This document shows positions 38,660 through 49,837 of a DNA stretch of 64,000 nucleotides, one piece after another (within the stretch, counting starts at the first letter, position 1; the number at the start of each line of letters is the position of its first letter). The notes under the pieces were generated by a model. That model was not told the origin of the DNA, ran no database searches, and saw only the letters and a program-made list of their open reading frames with translations. The translations under genes and the position numbers were made by a program. The DNA comes from Candidatus Levyibacteriota bacterium. Lineage in GTDB: Bacteria > Patescibacteriota > Microgenomatia > Levybacterales > UBA12049. The DNA is taken from assembly GCA_029260965.1 (NCBI GenBank), contig JAJDCG010000001.1, forward strand, positions 376,012 to 440,011. Direction: 5' to 3'.

Positions 38660-38908
38660 TTATTTTTTGATAAAGGTGGTCTGGAACCAATGCTTTATTT
38701 CTTTTATAGTCATTTTTTTCTTGGCAAACCTGAAAAGATATATGATGTCCAGAAGTCCCAGTGTATTTAAAAGGAGAAGAGCAATAAACCAATTTCGCTG
38801 AGAAAATTTTGCAGAGCGCCACATCGAGAGACCTTTCCAGATTAGGGTCCACACGAAAAATAAATAAACAATCAATGTTTCTGATTGAGAAAATCCTTCA
38901 AAATTCAT
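38660..38908 (-). CDS. Small membrane protein (DUF5652-like)
   Basis: WTLIWKGLSMWRSAK..WFIALLLLNTLGLLDIIYL. Confidence 0.75.
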   Translation of the reverse strand: MNFEGFSQSETLIVYLFFVWTLIWKGLSMWRSAKFSQRNWFIALLLLNTLGLLDIIYLFRFAKKKMTIKEIKHWFQTTFIKK

Positions 38909-38979
38909 AATTCTTCAATAACTATAGCATTTATGATGATAGACATGCAAGAAGCTCCAAAAATTGGTAGAATTAAATT

Positions 38980-40038
38980 ATGAGGGTTGGAATATATAGT
39001 CCTTATCTTGAAACACTCGGGGGCGGGGAAAAGTATGCACTAGATATAGCAGACATGCTCCAAAATAAAGCTAGAGTAGATGTATTCTGGGATGATAAAG
39101 AAATTCTGTCATTGGCTGAAAAGAAATTTGGATTTCATTTAGTAAATGTTAGAACTACCAGTAATATTTTTGACCCTTCGATTTCTTTGTTGAAAAAAAT
39201 TTCTAAAATGAGAAAATATGATTTGATTTTTTTCTTTAGCGACGGGAGTATACCAGTTCTTACTGCCAAAAAAAACATCCTTGTTTTACAATTTCCAGTT
39301 AATTGGGCAAAAACTAAAAGTTTGGTAAATCAGTTAAAGCTTTTCAATATTCATAGCATCCTCTGTTATAGCTTCTTTGTTAAAAAACATCTTGAGAAAT
39401 TATTTAATAAAAAGATTTACGTATTACCTCCTGCTGTAAGTCCCATTGATAGTATTGGAGTAGAAAAAGAAAATATTATTCTCACTGTCGGGCGCTTCAC
39501 TCGTGGTATGAATACAAAAAAACAAGGTTTATTGGTTGATATTTTCAAAAACATGGTTGATAGCGGACTTAAAGGATGGAAATTTGTTGCAGTAGGATCC
39601 TATTTACCTGACGATTTAGCTTTTGTTGAGGATTTGATTGAAGGATCTGTTAACTATCCGATTGAAATAAAAGCAAATGCTTCATATAAAGAGCTTCAAA
39701 GTATGTATAAAAAATCAAAAATATATTGGCATGGTGCTGGGTTTGGTGAGGATCTCGAGCGGCATCCTGAGCTGGCCGAGCATTTCGGTATTACAACTGT
39801 TGAGGCAATGAGTGCAGGATGTATCCCGCTTGTTTTCAGAGGCGGGGGTCAAAAAGAAATAGTAGGTGATGGAATCAACGGATACGCATGGGAAACAGAG
39901 GGGGAATTAATTGAAAAAACCCAAAAAGTCATAAATGATGAGGTTTTGATAAATGAGATAGTAGAAAAGTCAAAAAAAAGATCTATAGATTTTGCGCCAG
40001 GTAAATTTAGAAAAAAATTACAAGAAATTATCCTATGA
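38980..40038 (+). CDS. GT4 glycosyltransferase
   Basis: GGGEKY, TVGRF...KKQ, EHFGITTVEAMSAG. Confidence 0.92.
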   Translation: MRVGIYSPYLETLGGGEKYALDIADMLQNKARVDVFWDDKEILSLAEKKFGFHLVNVRTTSNIFDPSISLLKKISKMRKYDLIFFFSDGSIPVLTAKKNILVLQFPVNWAKTKSLVNQLKLFNIHSILCYSFFVKKHLEKLFNKKIYVLPPAVSPIDSIGVEKENIILTVGRFTRGMNTKKQGLLVDIFKNMVDSGLKGWKFVAVGSYLPDDLAFVEDLIEGSVNYPIEIKANASYKELQSMYKKSKIYWHGAGFGEDLERHPELAEHFGITTVEAMSAGCIPLVFRGGGQKEIVGDGINGYAWETEGELIEKTQKVINDEVLINEIVEKSKKRSIDFAPGKFRKKLQEIIL

Positions 40039-42326
40039 AGAAATTTTTACCTTATGTTGCAATTTCTATAATTGTTGCAGTATTATTTTTTCCAGTTCTT
40101 TTTCAGGAAAAGTATCCAGTCCCCGCTGATAGTATTGCAGCACTATATCATCCTTATCGTGATTTTTTTATAGAGGAATTCCCACAGGGATATCCATTCA
40201 AAAATTTTCTTATTACTGATCCACTCCGTCAACAATATTCCTGGCGAGAAATATCAGTTGATGCATTTAGAAGTTTTAAGTTGCCTTTGTGGAACCCTTA
40301 TAATGGTACTGGTGAGCCACTGCTTGCCAATATTCAGGCAGGGGCATTGTATCCTCTGAATTTATTATTTTTCGTTTTTCCATTTCAGATCTCATGGTCA
40401 ATTCTCATAATGCTGCAGCCTTTATTGGCTGGCATATTTCTTTATTTATATCTGGTAAACTTAAAGCTCTCCCCAAAAGCATCACTTATCGGATCAATCG
40501 CATTTGCATTTTCTGGGTTCAACACAACTTGGCTTGAGTGGGGGACAATAGTCCATACGGGATTATGGTTGCCAATTATTCTTTTGTCTATTGACAAGCT
40601 AATTTTGTGTACTGATAGGAAGGCATCAAGCATTAAAGATAAGAGCATGTGGTTTTGGGGCATCATTCTTGTATTTTCTTTTTCTTCTTCACTTTTTGCA
40701 GGACATCTCCAAACATTTTTCTATCTCTTTGTTTTTGCTCAGATTTACTTTCTAGCACGTTGGATTACAAAAGGTAAAAATAAAAAAATGTTTATTACAT
40801 ATATAATGCTTAATACTTTTTTTTTAATACTCACCTCTGTTCAGTGGATTCCGACACTTATACTTATATTAAATTCGGCAAGAGGTATTGATCAGCTTTG
40901 GCAAAAAGAAGGGTGGTTTTTGCCTTTTGAACACTTGGTCCAATTTGTGGCACCTGATTTTTTTGGTAATCCGAGCACCCAAAATTATTGGGGAACATGG
41001 AACTATGGAGAGTTGACAGGGTACATAGGGCTATTGCCACTGTTGTTGGCGTTTGTTGCTATTTTTTGCAGGAGAGATAAAAAAACTTTATTTTTTGGTG
41101 GCGCTGTTTTGGTATCTTTTATTATGGCAATACCCAATTTTATTTCTAAAATACCCTTTGTCTATCAGATTCCATTTATATCAACAGCACAGCCGACACG
41201 GCTTATATTTGTGATAGGTTTTTCACTTAGTGTACTTGCTGCTCTCGGATTTGATTATTTTGAAAAAAGAAAAAAATCTGTATTTTTGCCATTCTTATTC
41301 TTATTTATTATTTTTATCTTTCTTTGGATAATCGCTTTAGGAGGGTTATCGTATTTTGACATAAGTCAGGAGAGCTTAAATATTATTAAAAGCAATTTAA
41401 GACTTCCCTCGTTACTTTTATTAGCATCAGTGGTGCTTGTGGGCTCATATTCTCTTTTTACAAAAAACAAAAAGATAATTGCTCTGGTTTATGTCGGTCT
41501 GTTTCTACTTATTTCGTTTGATCTGTTAAGATTTTCATCAAAATTTAATTCATTTTCAGAAAAAAGACTTTTGTTTCCAGAGACTAAGACAGTTAAATTT
41601 TTGCAAGAAAAATCCAGAGATTACCCATGGCGTTTTTTAGCAGTTGATTATGTTGAAAATCAAAAAAGAATTTTTGCGCCCAACTTATCAAGCCATCACG
41701 GACTTTACACCCTTGATACTTACAATCCCCTTATTCTCAGACGTTATCAGGAATTTGCTGCAGTATCTGAGTGGGGCTTCACAGATATCCCTGATTTTTC
41801 ATTTAACAGAAGCATAATGCTCAATAATTATGAATCTCCTCTTATTGATTTTATGGGAGTAAAATATATAGCATCAATTATTGATATTGATTCCGAGTCA
41901 CTAAAATTCTTGTTTAGTGAAGGCGAGACAAGAGTCTATGAAAATCTGGAAGTATATGATCGTGCGTTTATGGTTTATGATTTTGTAGTATTGAGTGATA
42001 AAAAAGAGCTTGCAAAAAAAATCTATGATCCCACGACAAACCTTGGCATTACTGCTGTTGTGGAGGAGGCCCTACCAGTTGGTATCGAGAATGTTGGTGA
42101 GACAATGTCTGCTGTTGAAATCGTTGATTATCAATCAGAAAAAATTGAAATAACTGTTGATACTAAAAATGCGGGCATGCTTGTTCTAACGGATGCATAT
42201 TATCCAACATGGAAAGTTTTTGTTGATGGACAAGAGAAAAAAATTTACAGAGTAGACTATAATTTTAGGGGAGTTATAGTGCCATCGGGAAAGCATAAAG
42301 TGATATTCAGGAATTCCCTGTTATAA
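40035..42326 (+). CDS. YfhO-family GT-C membrane glycosyltransferase
   Basis: PLWNPYNGTGEPLLAN..LYP, GHLQ, C-terminal DAYYPTWKVFVDG..NFRGVIVPSGKH. Confidence 0.85.
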   Translation: MKKFLPYVAISIIVAVLFFPVLFQEKYPVPADSIAALYHPYRDFFIEEFPQGYPFKNFLITDPLRQQYSWREISVDAFRSFKLPLWNPYNGTGEPLLANIQAGALYPLNLLFFVFPFQISWSILIMLQPLLAGIFLYLYLVNLKLSPKASLIGSIAFAFSGFNTTWLEWGTIVHTGLWLPIILLSIDKLILCTDRKASSIKDKSMWFWGIILVFSFSSSLFAGHLQTFFYLFVFAQIYFLARWITKGKNKKMFITYIMLNTFFLILTSVQWIPTLILILNSARGIDQLWQKEGWFLPFEHLVQFVAPDFFGNPSTQNYWGTWNYGELTGYIGLLPLLLAFVAIFCRRDKKTLFFGGAVLVSFIMAIPNFISKIPFVYQIPFISTAQPTRLIFVIGFSLSVLAALGFDYFEKRKKSVFLPFLFLFIIFIFLWIIALGGLSYFDISQESLNIIKSNLRLPSLLLLASVVLVGSYSLFTKNKKIIALVYVGLFLLISFDLLRFSSKFNSFSEKRLLFPETKTVKFLQEKSRDYPWRFLAVDYVENQKRIFAPNLSSHHGLYTLDTYNPLILRRYQEFAAVSEWGFTDIPDFSFNRSIMLNNYESPLIDFMGVKYIASIIDIDSESLKFLFSEGETRVYENLEVYDRAFMVYDFVVLSDKKELAKKIYDPTTNLGITAVVEEALPVGIENVGETMSAVEIVDYQSEKIEITVDTKNAGMLVLTDAYYPTWKVFVDGQEKKIYRVDYNFRGVIVPSGKHKVIFRNSLL

Positions 42327-42338
42327 TTATTAGAGCAT

Positions 42339-43292
42339 ATGAATATAAGTATTATTATACCCAACTACAATGGGGAGGAATTGTTGAAAAAAAATCTACC
42401 AAAAGTACTCAGTGCAGCAAGGAATTATAAAAATGGAAGTGTTGAAATAATAATTCCCGATGACCCATCAACAGATGATTCTGCAAAGATAATAGATAAT
42501 TTTATAAAAAATATAAAAGATAAAAATGTAAAAGGAATGACTATTAAAAATTCCAATAAAAGTCATGCAGGATTTTCTCATAATGTTAACCGAGGCGTGA
42601 TTCATTCAACTGGAGAAATAATAATATTATTGAATACCGATGTGGCTCCTAGAGAAGATTTTCTTGATCCACTGATTTCTCATTTTGAGGATGAGAGTGT
42701 TTTTGCTGTCGGATGCATGGATGAAAGTGTAGAAAATGGGAAAACTGTGCTGAAGGGACGAGGGATTGGGAAATTCGAAAGAGGATTCCTTATTCACAGT
42801 AAGGGTGGGATTCATAAAGTAAATACGCTTTGGGTTTCAGGTGGGAGTGGTGCATTTAGGAGAGCAACATGGGACAAGTTGGGTGGGCTAGATACTTTGT
42901 ATGACCCTTTTTATTGGGAAGACATTGATATATCATATCGTGCTCTTAAATCAGGATTCAAAGTTTTTTTTGAGCCAAGAAGTGTAGTCAGGCATGAGCA
43001 CGAAAAAGGTATAGTCAAAAGGGATTATGAGGAGTCATACGTTAAAAGAATTGCCTATAGGAATCAGTTTATTTTTGTTTGGAAAAATATAACAGATCGA
43101 AAAATGATCAACTCTCATTTTTTGCATCTTCCCTATCATTTGTTAAAATCAATAAAAGATCTGGATTTTGCTTTTTGGTCAGGATTTTTTATGGCATTAT
43201 CTGAAATAAAAAAGATAGAAAACCAGCGACGTGAAATAAAAAAATTATTTGTTAGAACAGATAGTTCTATTCTCAGGGATTACAAAGATTGA
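42339..43292 (+). CDS. GT2 glycosyltransferase
   Basis: IIPNYNG, LLNTD, PFYWEDIDISYRA. Confidence 0.88.
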   Translation: MNISIIIPNYNGEELLKKNLPKVLSAARNYKNGSVEIIIPDDPSTDDSAKIIDNFIKNIKDKNVKGMTIKNSNKSHAGFSHNVNRGVIHSTGEIIILLNTDVAPREDFLDPLISHFEDESVFAVGCMDESVENGKTVLKGRGIGKFERGFLIHSKGGIHKVNTLWVSGGSGAFRRATWDKLGGLDTLYDPFYWEDIDISYRALKSGFKVFFEPRSVVRHEHEKGIVKRDYEESYVKRIAYRNQFIFVWKNITDRKMINSHFLHLPYHLLKSIKDLDFAFWSGFFMALSEIKKIENQRREIKKLFVRTDSSILRDYKD

Positions 43293-43299
43293 TTAATAA

Positions 43300-44958
43300 A
43301 TGATTAGACAGTTATCAAAAATAAACATTCTCTTATTATTCATAATAATTATTGCTTCATATCTCCGCTTTTTTCAGCTTGATATAAATCCTCCCTCTCT
43401 TACATGGGATGAGGCAGCATGGGGGTACAATGCATACTCACTCGGTATTGATGGGCGTGATGAATTCGGGCGCTTTTTGCCCATAGATTATCTAGAGTCG
43501 TTTGGAGATTTCAAGCCACCTATGTATGCGTATTTGGCAGTTCCGGCAGTAAAAATTTTTGGACTAAATGAATTTGCAACTCGTTTTCCATCAGCTTTTT
43601 TTGGCGTGCTTACGGTTTTCTTGACCTATTTTTTAGTAAAAAAGATTTTTCCTGGTCGTGAGTCTATTGCACTGTTTGCTACATTTTTACTTAGTATCTC
43701 ACCTTGGCACATACTTCTTTCACGAGCAGCATTTGAAGCGAATGTGGCAACCTTTTTTATAGTGTTGGGTGTTTTTACTTTTATCAAAGGAGTCAGGGAA
43801 AAGCCATGGCTTCTTATTTTGTCAGCGATTTCTTTTGTTTTTTCAATTTATACTTTTAATACAGCTCGTGTAGTTGCACCGCTTTTGGTTTTGGTTTTGA
43901 CAGTCGGATACAGGAGGAGGCTCTGGGATATTAAAAAGGAGTTTATCTCAGCAGGTGTTGTAGGTTTTTTGATTCTCTTACCCATTATTCCCTTTCTCCT
44001 TTCTCCCCAGGCAAGTCTTAGATTCAAAGAAGTAAATATTTTTTCTGATCTGAGTGTTATTGAGCGTTCTAATCAGGAGGTATTAAATGACAATAGTCTT
44101 TTTTATTCAAAAATAATTCACAATAGAAGGTTTTATTACGGAATAGAAGTTCTTAAACATTATTTTGATAATCTATCATTTGATTTTCTTTTTATATCAG
44201 GCGACGAGAATCCTAAATTTTCAACAAAAAACACAGGACAAATGTATTTATGGGAATTACCCTTTTTTATAGCTGGATTGCTTTTTCTTTTTAGAAAGCG
44301 TGAAGGGAGTTGGTGGATCGTTCCCTGGTGGCTTTTGGTGGGATTAATTCCTGCGTCTTTGGCGCGCGAGACACCTCATGCACTCAGAACGGAGATTGTT
44401 CTTCCGGTTTTTCAAATTTTGTCTGCAATAGGTGTTTTTACATTCTTGAATTTTTTGAATAATAAAAAAAGTTTTTCTACGAAGCTTGTTAACTCAATTA
44501 TTTTGATTATGTCAGTATTGCTTTTTATAAATGTATCTTATTTTCTACATGGATATTTTTTCCATTATCCTCGTGAGACATCAAGAGAATGGCAATGTGG
44601 ATATGAGGAGTCAATTGCTTACGTAAATGCTGTTTCAGGTCTTTATGATGAAGTAAGGGTTACTCGGCAATTTGGACGACCTTATATTTATTATTTATTC
44701 TATCTGAAATATGATCCTAGAAATTTTAGACGAGAAGCAGTGATTGATAGGGATGTTTTTGGTTTCGTAAAAATAAAAAGTTTTGATAAATATTATTTTG
44801 GTGATTCAGAAATAAATGTAGAGCCAGGTGATGATAAAAAAGTATTGGTGATAGAAACGCCAGAAAGGATACCAGAAAACAATATCAAAAAGCTTGAGGA
44901 GTTCAAACTGTTAAACGGCGATGGGGCATTTGATGCATATACATGGAGTAACTTATGA
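43300..44958 (+). CDS. GT-C glycosyltransferase (ArnT/PMT-like)
   Basis: WDEAAWGYNAYSLGIDGRDEFG..SFGDFKPP, SPWH, PHALR. Confidence 0.87.
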   Translation: MIRQLSKINILLLFIIIIASYLRFFQLDINPPSLTWDEAAWGYNAYSLGIDGRDEFGRFLPIDYLESFGDFKPPMYAYLAVPAVKIFGLNEFATRFPSAFFGVLTVFLTYFLVKKIFPGRESIALFATFLLSISPWHILLSRAAFEANVATFFIVLGVFTFIKGVREKPWLLILSAISFVFSIYTFNTARVVAPLLVLVLTVGYRRRLWDIKKEFISAGVVGFLILLPIIPFLLSPQASLRFKEVNIFSDLSVIERSNQEVLNDNSLFYSKIIHNRRFYYGIEVLKHYFDNLSFDFLFISGDENPKFSTKNTGQMYLWELPFFIAGLLFLFRKREGSWWIVPWWLLVGLIPASLARETPHALRTEIVLPVFQILSAIGVFTFLNFLNNKKSFSTKLVNSIILIMSVLLFINVSYFLHGYFFHYPRETSREWQCGYEESIAYVNAVSGLYDEVRVTRQFGRPYIYYLFYLKYDPRNFRREAVIDRDVFGFVKIKSFDKYYFGDSEINVEPGDDKKVLVIETPERIPENNIKKLEEFKLLNGDGAFDAYTWSNL

Positions 44959-46643
44959 AAAAAAACTTATTTCTTTTTTTAATAATTTTTTTAGCAACTT
45001 TGTTGCGATTTTATAATTTGGGAAGCACACCTGTATCGCTTGACTGGGATGAAGCAGCTCTGGGTTATAATGCATACTCAATAGCTGAGACTGGCAGGGA
45101 TGAGTATGGAGAATTTATGCCAGTAGTTTTAAAATCTTTTGGCGATTATAAACCAGCGCTTTATGCTTATCTTTCAGTTCCTGCAGTTAAAATATTTGGT
45201 TTAACTCCTTTTGCCGTACGAACGCCTTCTGCTTTATTTGGTGTTCTGACTGTTCTAGCGACTTATTTTTTAACAAAGGAGCTCTTTATCGGTACGAGAT
45301 CTTCTAAGCTAAAAAAGCTTATTGATCCTGAGTCTATTGCGCTTCTTGCTTCTTTTCTTCTCGCAATAAGCCCATGGCATATTCAGTTTTCGCGCACTGG
45401 TTTTGAGGCAAACGTGGCTCTTGCTCTTAATATATTTACAGCTCTCTTTTTTCTAAAGGGTCTCAAGAAACCATATTTTCTCATTGTCTCAGCAGTATTT
45501 GCTGCTTTTTCTATTTATTCATATCAAAGTGAGAAGGTTTTTGTCCCGCTTTTTGTTTTAGCGCTTATATTTATTTATAGAAAAAATTTATTCAGTTTTC
45601 CCAAAAAATATATCACACTGACAGCCGTTGTTGGAATTATTGTTATATTGCCAATGGTCAGTTATATTTTGAAAAATGATCAAGCGCTTTCTCGCGCGAG
45701 GGGATCACTTGTTTTTTCAAATGAAACAAAGCATCTTGAAGAAAATCAGAATAGAATTAGAATTGATAAAGAGAGATCAGATATCGTAGGTCTTGTTTTT
45801 GACAACAGAAGGATTTTGTATGTTAAATCAGCAATTGGCGGATATTTGTCGCATTTTGACATAAATTGGCTTTTTATCTCAGGAGATAGTGCCAGACATC
45901 ATGCACCTGGAATGGGAATTATGTATCTGTGGGAGTTACCATTCTTGCTGGTTGGAATATATGTACTTGTTTTTAACAAATTTTTTATTAAGGAAAATAA
46001 AAATGGAACAATATTTATTTTTGCATGGTTATTGATGGCTCCAATCCCTGCGGCATTTACAACAGATGTGCCTCATGCTGTTAGAACGCTTAATTTTCTA
46101 CCTACTTTCCAGATTTTTACCGCAGTAGGTTTGTTGATCGGAATCAGCAAAATATTAAGTATTAAATATAAAATATTAAGCATTAGAGTTTCCTTTCTTT
46201 TGCTTTTTGCTTATTGTTTATTTATTATTTTTAACTTTGCTTATTATCTTAACCAATATTTCGTGCAGCAGGATTATTTTTATTCAAAGTACTGGCAGTA
46301 TGGTCATAAAGAAACGATCGAATTTGTAGAAAAAGAAGCGGGTAATTACAATAAGGTAGTTGTTAGTAATGAAGATTTTCTAGACCAATCATATATATTT
46401 TATCTTTTTTATACAAAATATCCACCTCAGAAGTATCAAGAAGAGGTGGAATTACCCGCAAATACAAAGGGCAAAAACCGAGCATTTGGGATATATGAGC
46501 ATAGACCAATCAGGTGGGATAAGGAAGATAAAAATGCTGACATTCTATATGTTGGTAGACCAAGAGATGTAAAAAAAGATGCCCGTGTCCTAAAAATAAT
46601 TAACTATTTAGATGGGGAAGAGGCAATTATAATTTTTGATTAA
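44955..46643 (+). CDS. GT-C glycosyltransferase (ArnT/PMT-like)
   Basis: WDEAALGYNAYSIAETGRDEYG..SFGDYKPA, SPWH, PHAVR. Confidence 0.87.
   Translation: MKKNLFLFLIIFLATLLRFYNLGSTPVSLDWDEAALGYNAYSIAETGRDEYGEFMPVVLKSFGDYKPALYAYLSVPAVKIFGLTPFAVRTPSALFGVLTVLATYFLTKELFIGTRSSKLKKLIDPESIALLASFLLAISPWHIQFSRTGFEANVALALNIFTALFFLKGLKKPYFLIVSAVFAAFSIYSYQSEKVFVPLFVLALIFIYRKNLFSFPKKYITLTAVVGIIVILPMVSYILKNDQALSRARGSLVFSNETKHLEENQNRIRIDKERSDIVGLVFDNRRILYVKSAIGGYLSHFDINWLFISGDSARHHAPGMGIMYLWELPFLLVGIYVLVFNKFFIKENKNGTIFIFAWLLMAPIPAAFTTDVPHAVRTLNFLPTFQIFTAVGLLIGISKILSIKYKILSIRVSFLLLFAYCLFIIFNFAYYLNQYFVQQDYFYSKYWQYGHKETIEFVEKEAGNYNKVVVSNEDFLDQSYIFYLFYTKYPPQKYQEEVELPANTKGKNRAFGIYEHRPIRWDKEDKNADILYVGRPRDVKKDARVLKIINYLDGEEAIIIFD
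46151..46221 (+). repeat. Two adjacent 7-nt-period arrays inside a GT-C gene
   Basis: AATATTA AGTATTA AATATAA AATATTA AGCATTA, then TTTCTTT TGCTTTT TGCTTAT TGTTTAT. Confidence 0.78.
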
Positions 46644-48392
46644 ATGCTAAATATAAAAAAAATACTTAAACAAAATTATTTTTTAATAGGTCTTATACTT
46701 ATTATTTCTTCTTTTCATTTTTTATGGCTTGATCGAGTGCCACCTGGAATGTCTCATGATGAGGTTGTGTACTCTTTGAGCAGCAAGACTTTCAATTTGC
46801 AAGGAACTGATATAACAGGAACTGGTTTTCCAATTGGTTTGTTCAAAACGGAAACAGAAGGAAATATAAGCATCCTTCCTCTTATGCTTTTATCTCCCGT
46901 GCATTTTTTCCTTGAGCAAACTCAACAAAGCGCAAGGTTTCCATACGTTATTTTTATACATTTGAGCGCGTTGGCGATTTTTGTGATCGCTAAAAATCTC
47001 TTTGAAAATGAAAAGATAGGAATTATTGCCTTTTTACTGTTTCTTTTGGCACCCTGGAGTTTTTTCCTTGCTCGTTTTGCTGCTGAACCACCGATAGCCT
47101 TGGTATTTTATCTCTGGGCAATTGCAACGCTCTTTATGTTTAGGGGTAAAAAACTTTTATTGCCTTTTTTTCTTTTTGTTTTGGCATTTTTTTCTTACCA
47201 TGGAGGCAAGGTGCTCTTTCTTCCACTCGTTGTGGCCTGTTTAGGCTATTTTATTTACCAAAACAGATTAAGCAAAAAAGAGGCACTAGTTTTTTTCTTG
47301 GGAACAGTTTTTGTATTTGTCTCGTTTTTTACTACATCACTTAGTCTTCCTGGGGGAATAGTTGGGGAGCGGAAAAATGAGATTTTCTTTTTAAATCAAG
47401 AACTTTTGACAAAAGAAGTTAATGCAAAAAGGAAAATAGTTCTGGAAAATCCTTTTACACCCATATTTGTAAATAAAGCTACAATAGCAGGAGCTATTTT
47501 CTTTCAGAAATATTCGACAGCTTTTTCACCCAGAGTATTATTTTTGGAGGGCGATACTAGACTGGTTTATTCTTTTTTTTATCATGGCCTTTTATATGTA
47601 TTTGATGTTATTTTTATTTTGGTAGGGATAGTTTGTTTGTTTTTAAAGCAAAAAAAACCTGTTGTATTTTTCTTGCTTACATTACTACTGATTGCGCCAC
47701 TTCCTGCTGCAGTTAATGGGATAGAGAATTCATATATTAACCGTTCCAGTTTTTTGCTCCCCGTTCTTATGATTATATCTGCGTATGGTGTTTATAATAT
47801 ATTTATTATTGCCACAGAAAAGTTTTCAAAAATTTTGGTGATGGTCGCTTTGATTGCAGGACCAGGCATTTTCGTTTTTAACTTTTTGTTTTTCTATTTT
47901 TTCCAGTATCCTGTTGCTGTTGCGGATTATTATTCACTTGGTGAGAAGACGGCAGCATATTTTATAAAACATTCATGGGATGGAGAACAGGATATAGAGG
48001 TTGTAAAAAACGAGCCCGGCAATCTGTATCTTGAGACTGTTTTCTTTTTTCAAGATGAAAAGATTACAAATACTTTTCTTCAAAATATGGACGAGTTCAG
48101 AAATAATGTCTATAAACTTCCCAGAGTTACATTTGAGGGGGATTGTCCAACAGAATTTGATAAAGAAACAGTATATATTATCCAGGATGTAAAGGTGTGT
48201 GAGCTACCTTTTGCCAAAAGTTATACACTCAAAAGTCCTAGAGATGGTGGGGGTGTTTACACTATTTATAATTCAAGTTTATGTAAAGATTATCAGATTC
48301 AAAGCTGGCTTAGATATCATTACTCCAAGGATTTTGATATGGAGTCTATGGATACAAGAACATTTTGTGAGAGGTGGGTGTCTGGCGTATGA
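46644..48392 (+). CDS. GT-C glycosyltransferase (ArnT/PMT-like, divergent)
   Basis: PPGMSHDE, ARFP, APW..LARFAAE; Cys-containing C-terminal domain. Confidence 0.8.
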   Translation: MLNIKKILKQNYFLIGLILIISSFHFLWLDRVPPGMSHDEVVYSLSSKTFNLQGTDITGTGFPIGLFKTETEGNISILPLMLLSPVHFFLEQTQQSARFPYVIFIHLSALAIFVIAKNLFENEKIGIIAFLLFLLAPWSFFLARFAAEPPIALVFYLWAIATLFMFRGKKLLLPFFLFVLAFFSYHGGKVLFLPLVVACLGYFIYQNRLSKKEALVFFLGTVFVFVSFFTTSLSLPGGIVGERKNEIFFLNQELLTKEVNAKRKIVLENPFTPIFVNKATIAGAIFFQKYSTAFSPRVLFLEGDTRLVYSFFYHGLLYVFDVIFILVGIVCLFLKQKKPVVFFLLTLLLIAPLPAAVNGIENSYINRSSFLLPVLMIISAYGVYNIFIIATEKFSKILVMVALIAGPGIFVFNFLFFYFFQYPVAVADYYSLGEKTAAYFIKHSWDGEQDIEVVKNEPGNLYLETVFFFQDEKITNTFLQNMDEFRNNVYKLPRVTFEGDCPTEFDKETVYIIQDVKVCELPFAKSYTLKSPRDGGGVYTIYNSSLCKDYQIQSWLRYHYSKDFDMESMDTRTFCERWVSGV

Positions 48393-49837
48393 ACAAAAAA
48401 TTAAAAATACTTTTAATTTTAAGTATATTAATCCCGCTTGTGATTGCAGTAACCCGTATCATAAGCGGTAACATATCGTTTTGGTATGATCCCGCGCGCG
48501 ATTTACTTTTAGCGATTGACAATCATCAAAAATTCAGCCTTATAGGTCAGACCTCAGGAATTCCCGGCATCTTTTACGGTCCATATTGGATTTGGATATT
48601 AAGCATTGTACTTTTGGTTTTCAAGGATCCCAGAATTGTCGCGTTCATTGTTCTTACTATTCCTTACTTTACTATTTTCCCATTTATTTTATATAAATTA
48701 AAAGATGTTTGGGGGTTGTGGGTTTCAGTCATGCTTTGGCTTTTTTTCATGTTTTCCTACGATGGATACGTTATTCATCTCTGGAATCCACACCTTGCTC
48801 CAGTTTTGACATTAGCAACTGTTTATTTACTCTCAAAAATTGATTTTAATAATAAAAATTTTACTAAATTGAAGATTGCTGCACTAGCTGGATTTCTAGC
48901 AGGGTTTACAATGAATTTTCATATTTCTTTCGGTCTTGGACTAGTGATAGGATCCACAGTTTTCGTATTTTTGAGGCGTAATATCAAAGCATTTGCATTA
49001 TTTATAGCTGGTCTGGTTCTTGCGTTTGTGCCGTTTGTTGTATTTGAGCTGCGTCATGGATTTAACCAGGTATCAACAGTCATACAAACAATTACAAGCC
49101 CAACAGCAGTAGTCAGCGAGCAGTCAGGAGTAAGCACTCAGATCTTTTATCTATTTTTTGATAGTTTGTCACGGTTAATCAATATTCCAGATGGGGCAGG
49201 AATCGTTTTCTTTTTTACGGTAATAGTTAGTTTGTTTTTAAAAATAAAGAATAAAAAAATAAAACTCTCAAAGAATGAGAAAGGCATACTTCTTTTAACA
49301 TCGCTTATTTCACTTTCAACTCTTAGTATTTATTTGTTATCCAAAAATCCAGTTTGGGACTATCATTTTATTGGTTTTGAAATTTTATTTCTCTTTTTTT
49401 TGGGGATTATTTCCAAACATTTAAAAATATTTAGATACTTACTTATTGTATCTTTGTTAATTTTGATTTTGATAAAACTAGTAGATTTTTCAAAAGAAAT
49501 TAGCGCCAATCATTTATCAAATTCATCACTTGTCACAAAACAATATATAGTTGATATTATTTATTCAAATTCAGAAAATCGTGATTTTGGTGTCTTTACA
49601 TTTAGCAATACTGCATATGCTCCTGCTTTTGATTATCTTTTGATGTATCATGATGGTGTCAGTAATTATCGGGGTGAAGAGAGGGTGGATCTTGTTTATC
49701 TTATTATCCCATGGACTACAATTGATTTGAGAGATGATTTTATTGATAATAGGACACCAAATGAAGAATATGAAACAATCAAAAAATGGGAAATTGATGA
49801 TGGAACTCTATTATTGAGGAGGGAAAGATTTGAATAA
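48389..49837 (+). CDS. GT-C glycosyltransferase
   Basis: FWYDPARD, LIGQTS..FYGPYW, WNPH, FELRHGF. Confidence 0.78.
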   Translation: MNKKLKILLILSILIPLVIAVTRIISGNISFWYDPARDLLLAIDNHQKFSLIGQTSGIPGIFYGPYWIWILSIVLLVFKDPRIVAFIVLTIPYFTIFPFILYKLKDVWGLWVSVMLWLFFMFSYDGYVIHLWNPHLAPVLTLATVYLLSKIDFNNKNFTKLKIAALAGFLAGFTMNFHISFGLGLVIGSTVFVFLRRNIKAFALFIAGLVLAFVPFVVFELRHGFNQVSTVIQTITSPTAVVSEQSGVSTQIFYLFFDSLSRLINIPDGAGIVFFFTVIVSLFLKIKNKKIKLSKNEKGILLLTSLISLSTLSIYLLSKNPVWDYHFIGFEILFLFFLGIISKHLKIFRYLLIVSLLILILIKLVDFSKEISANHLSNSSLVTKQYIVDIIYSNSENRDFGVFTFSNTAYAPAFDYLLMYHDGVSNYRGEERVDLVYLIIPWTTIDLRDDFIDNRTPNEEYETIKKWEIDDGTLLLRRERFE

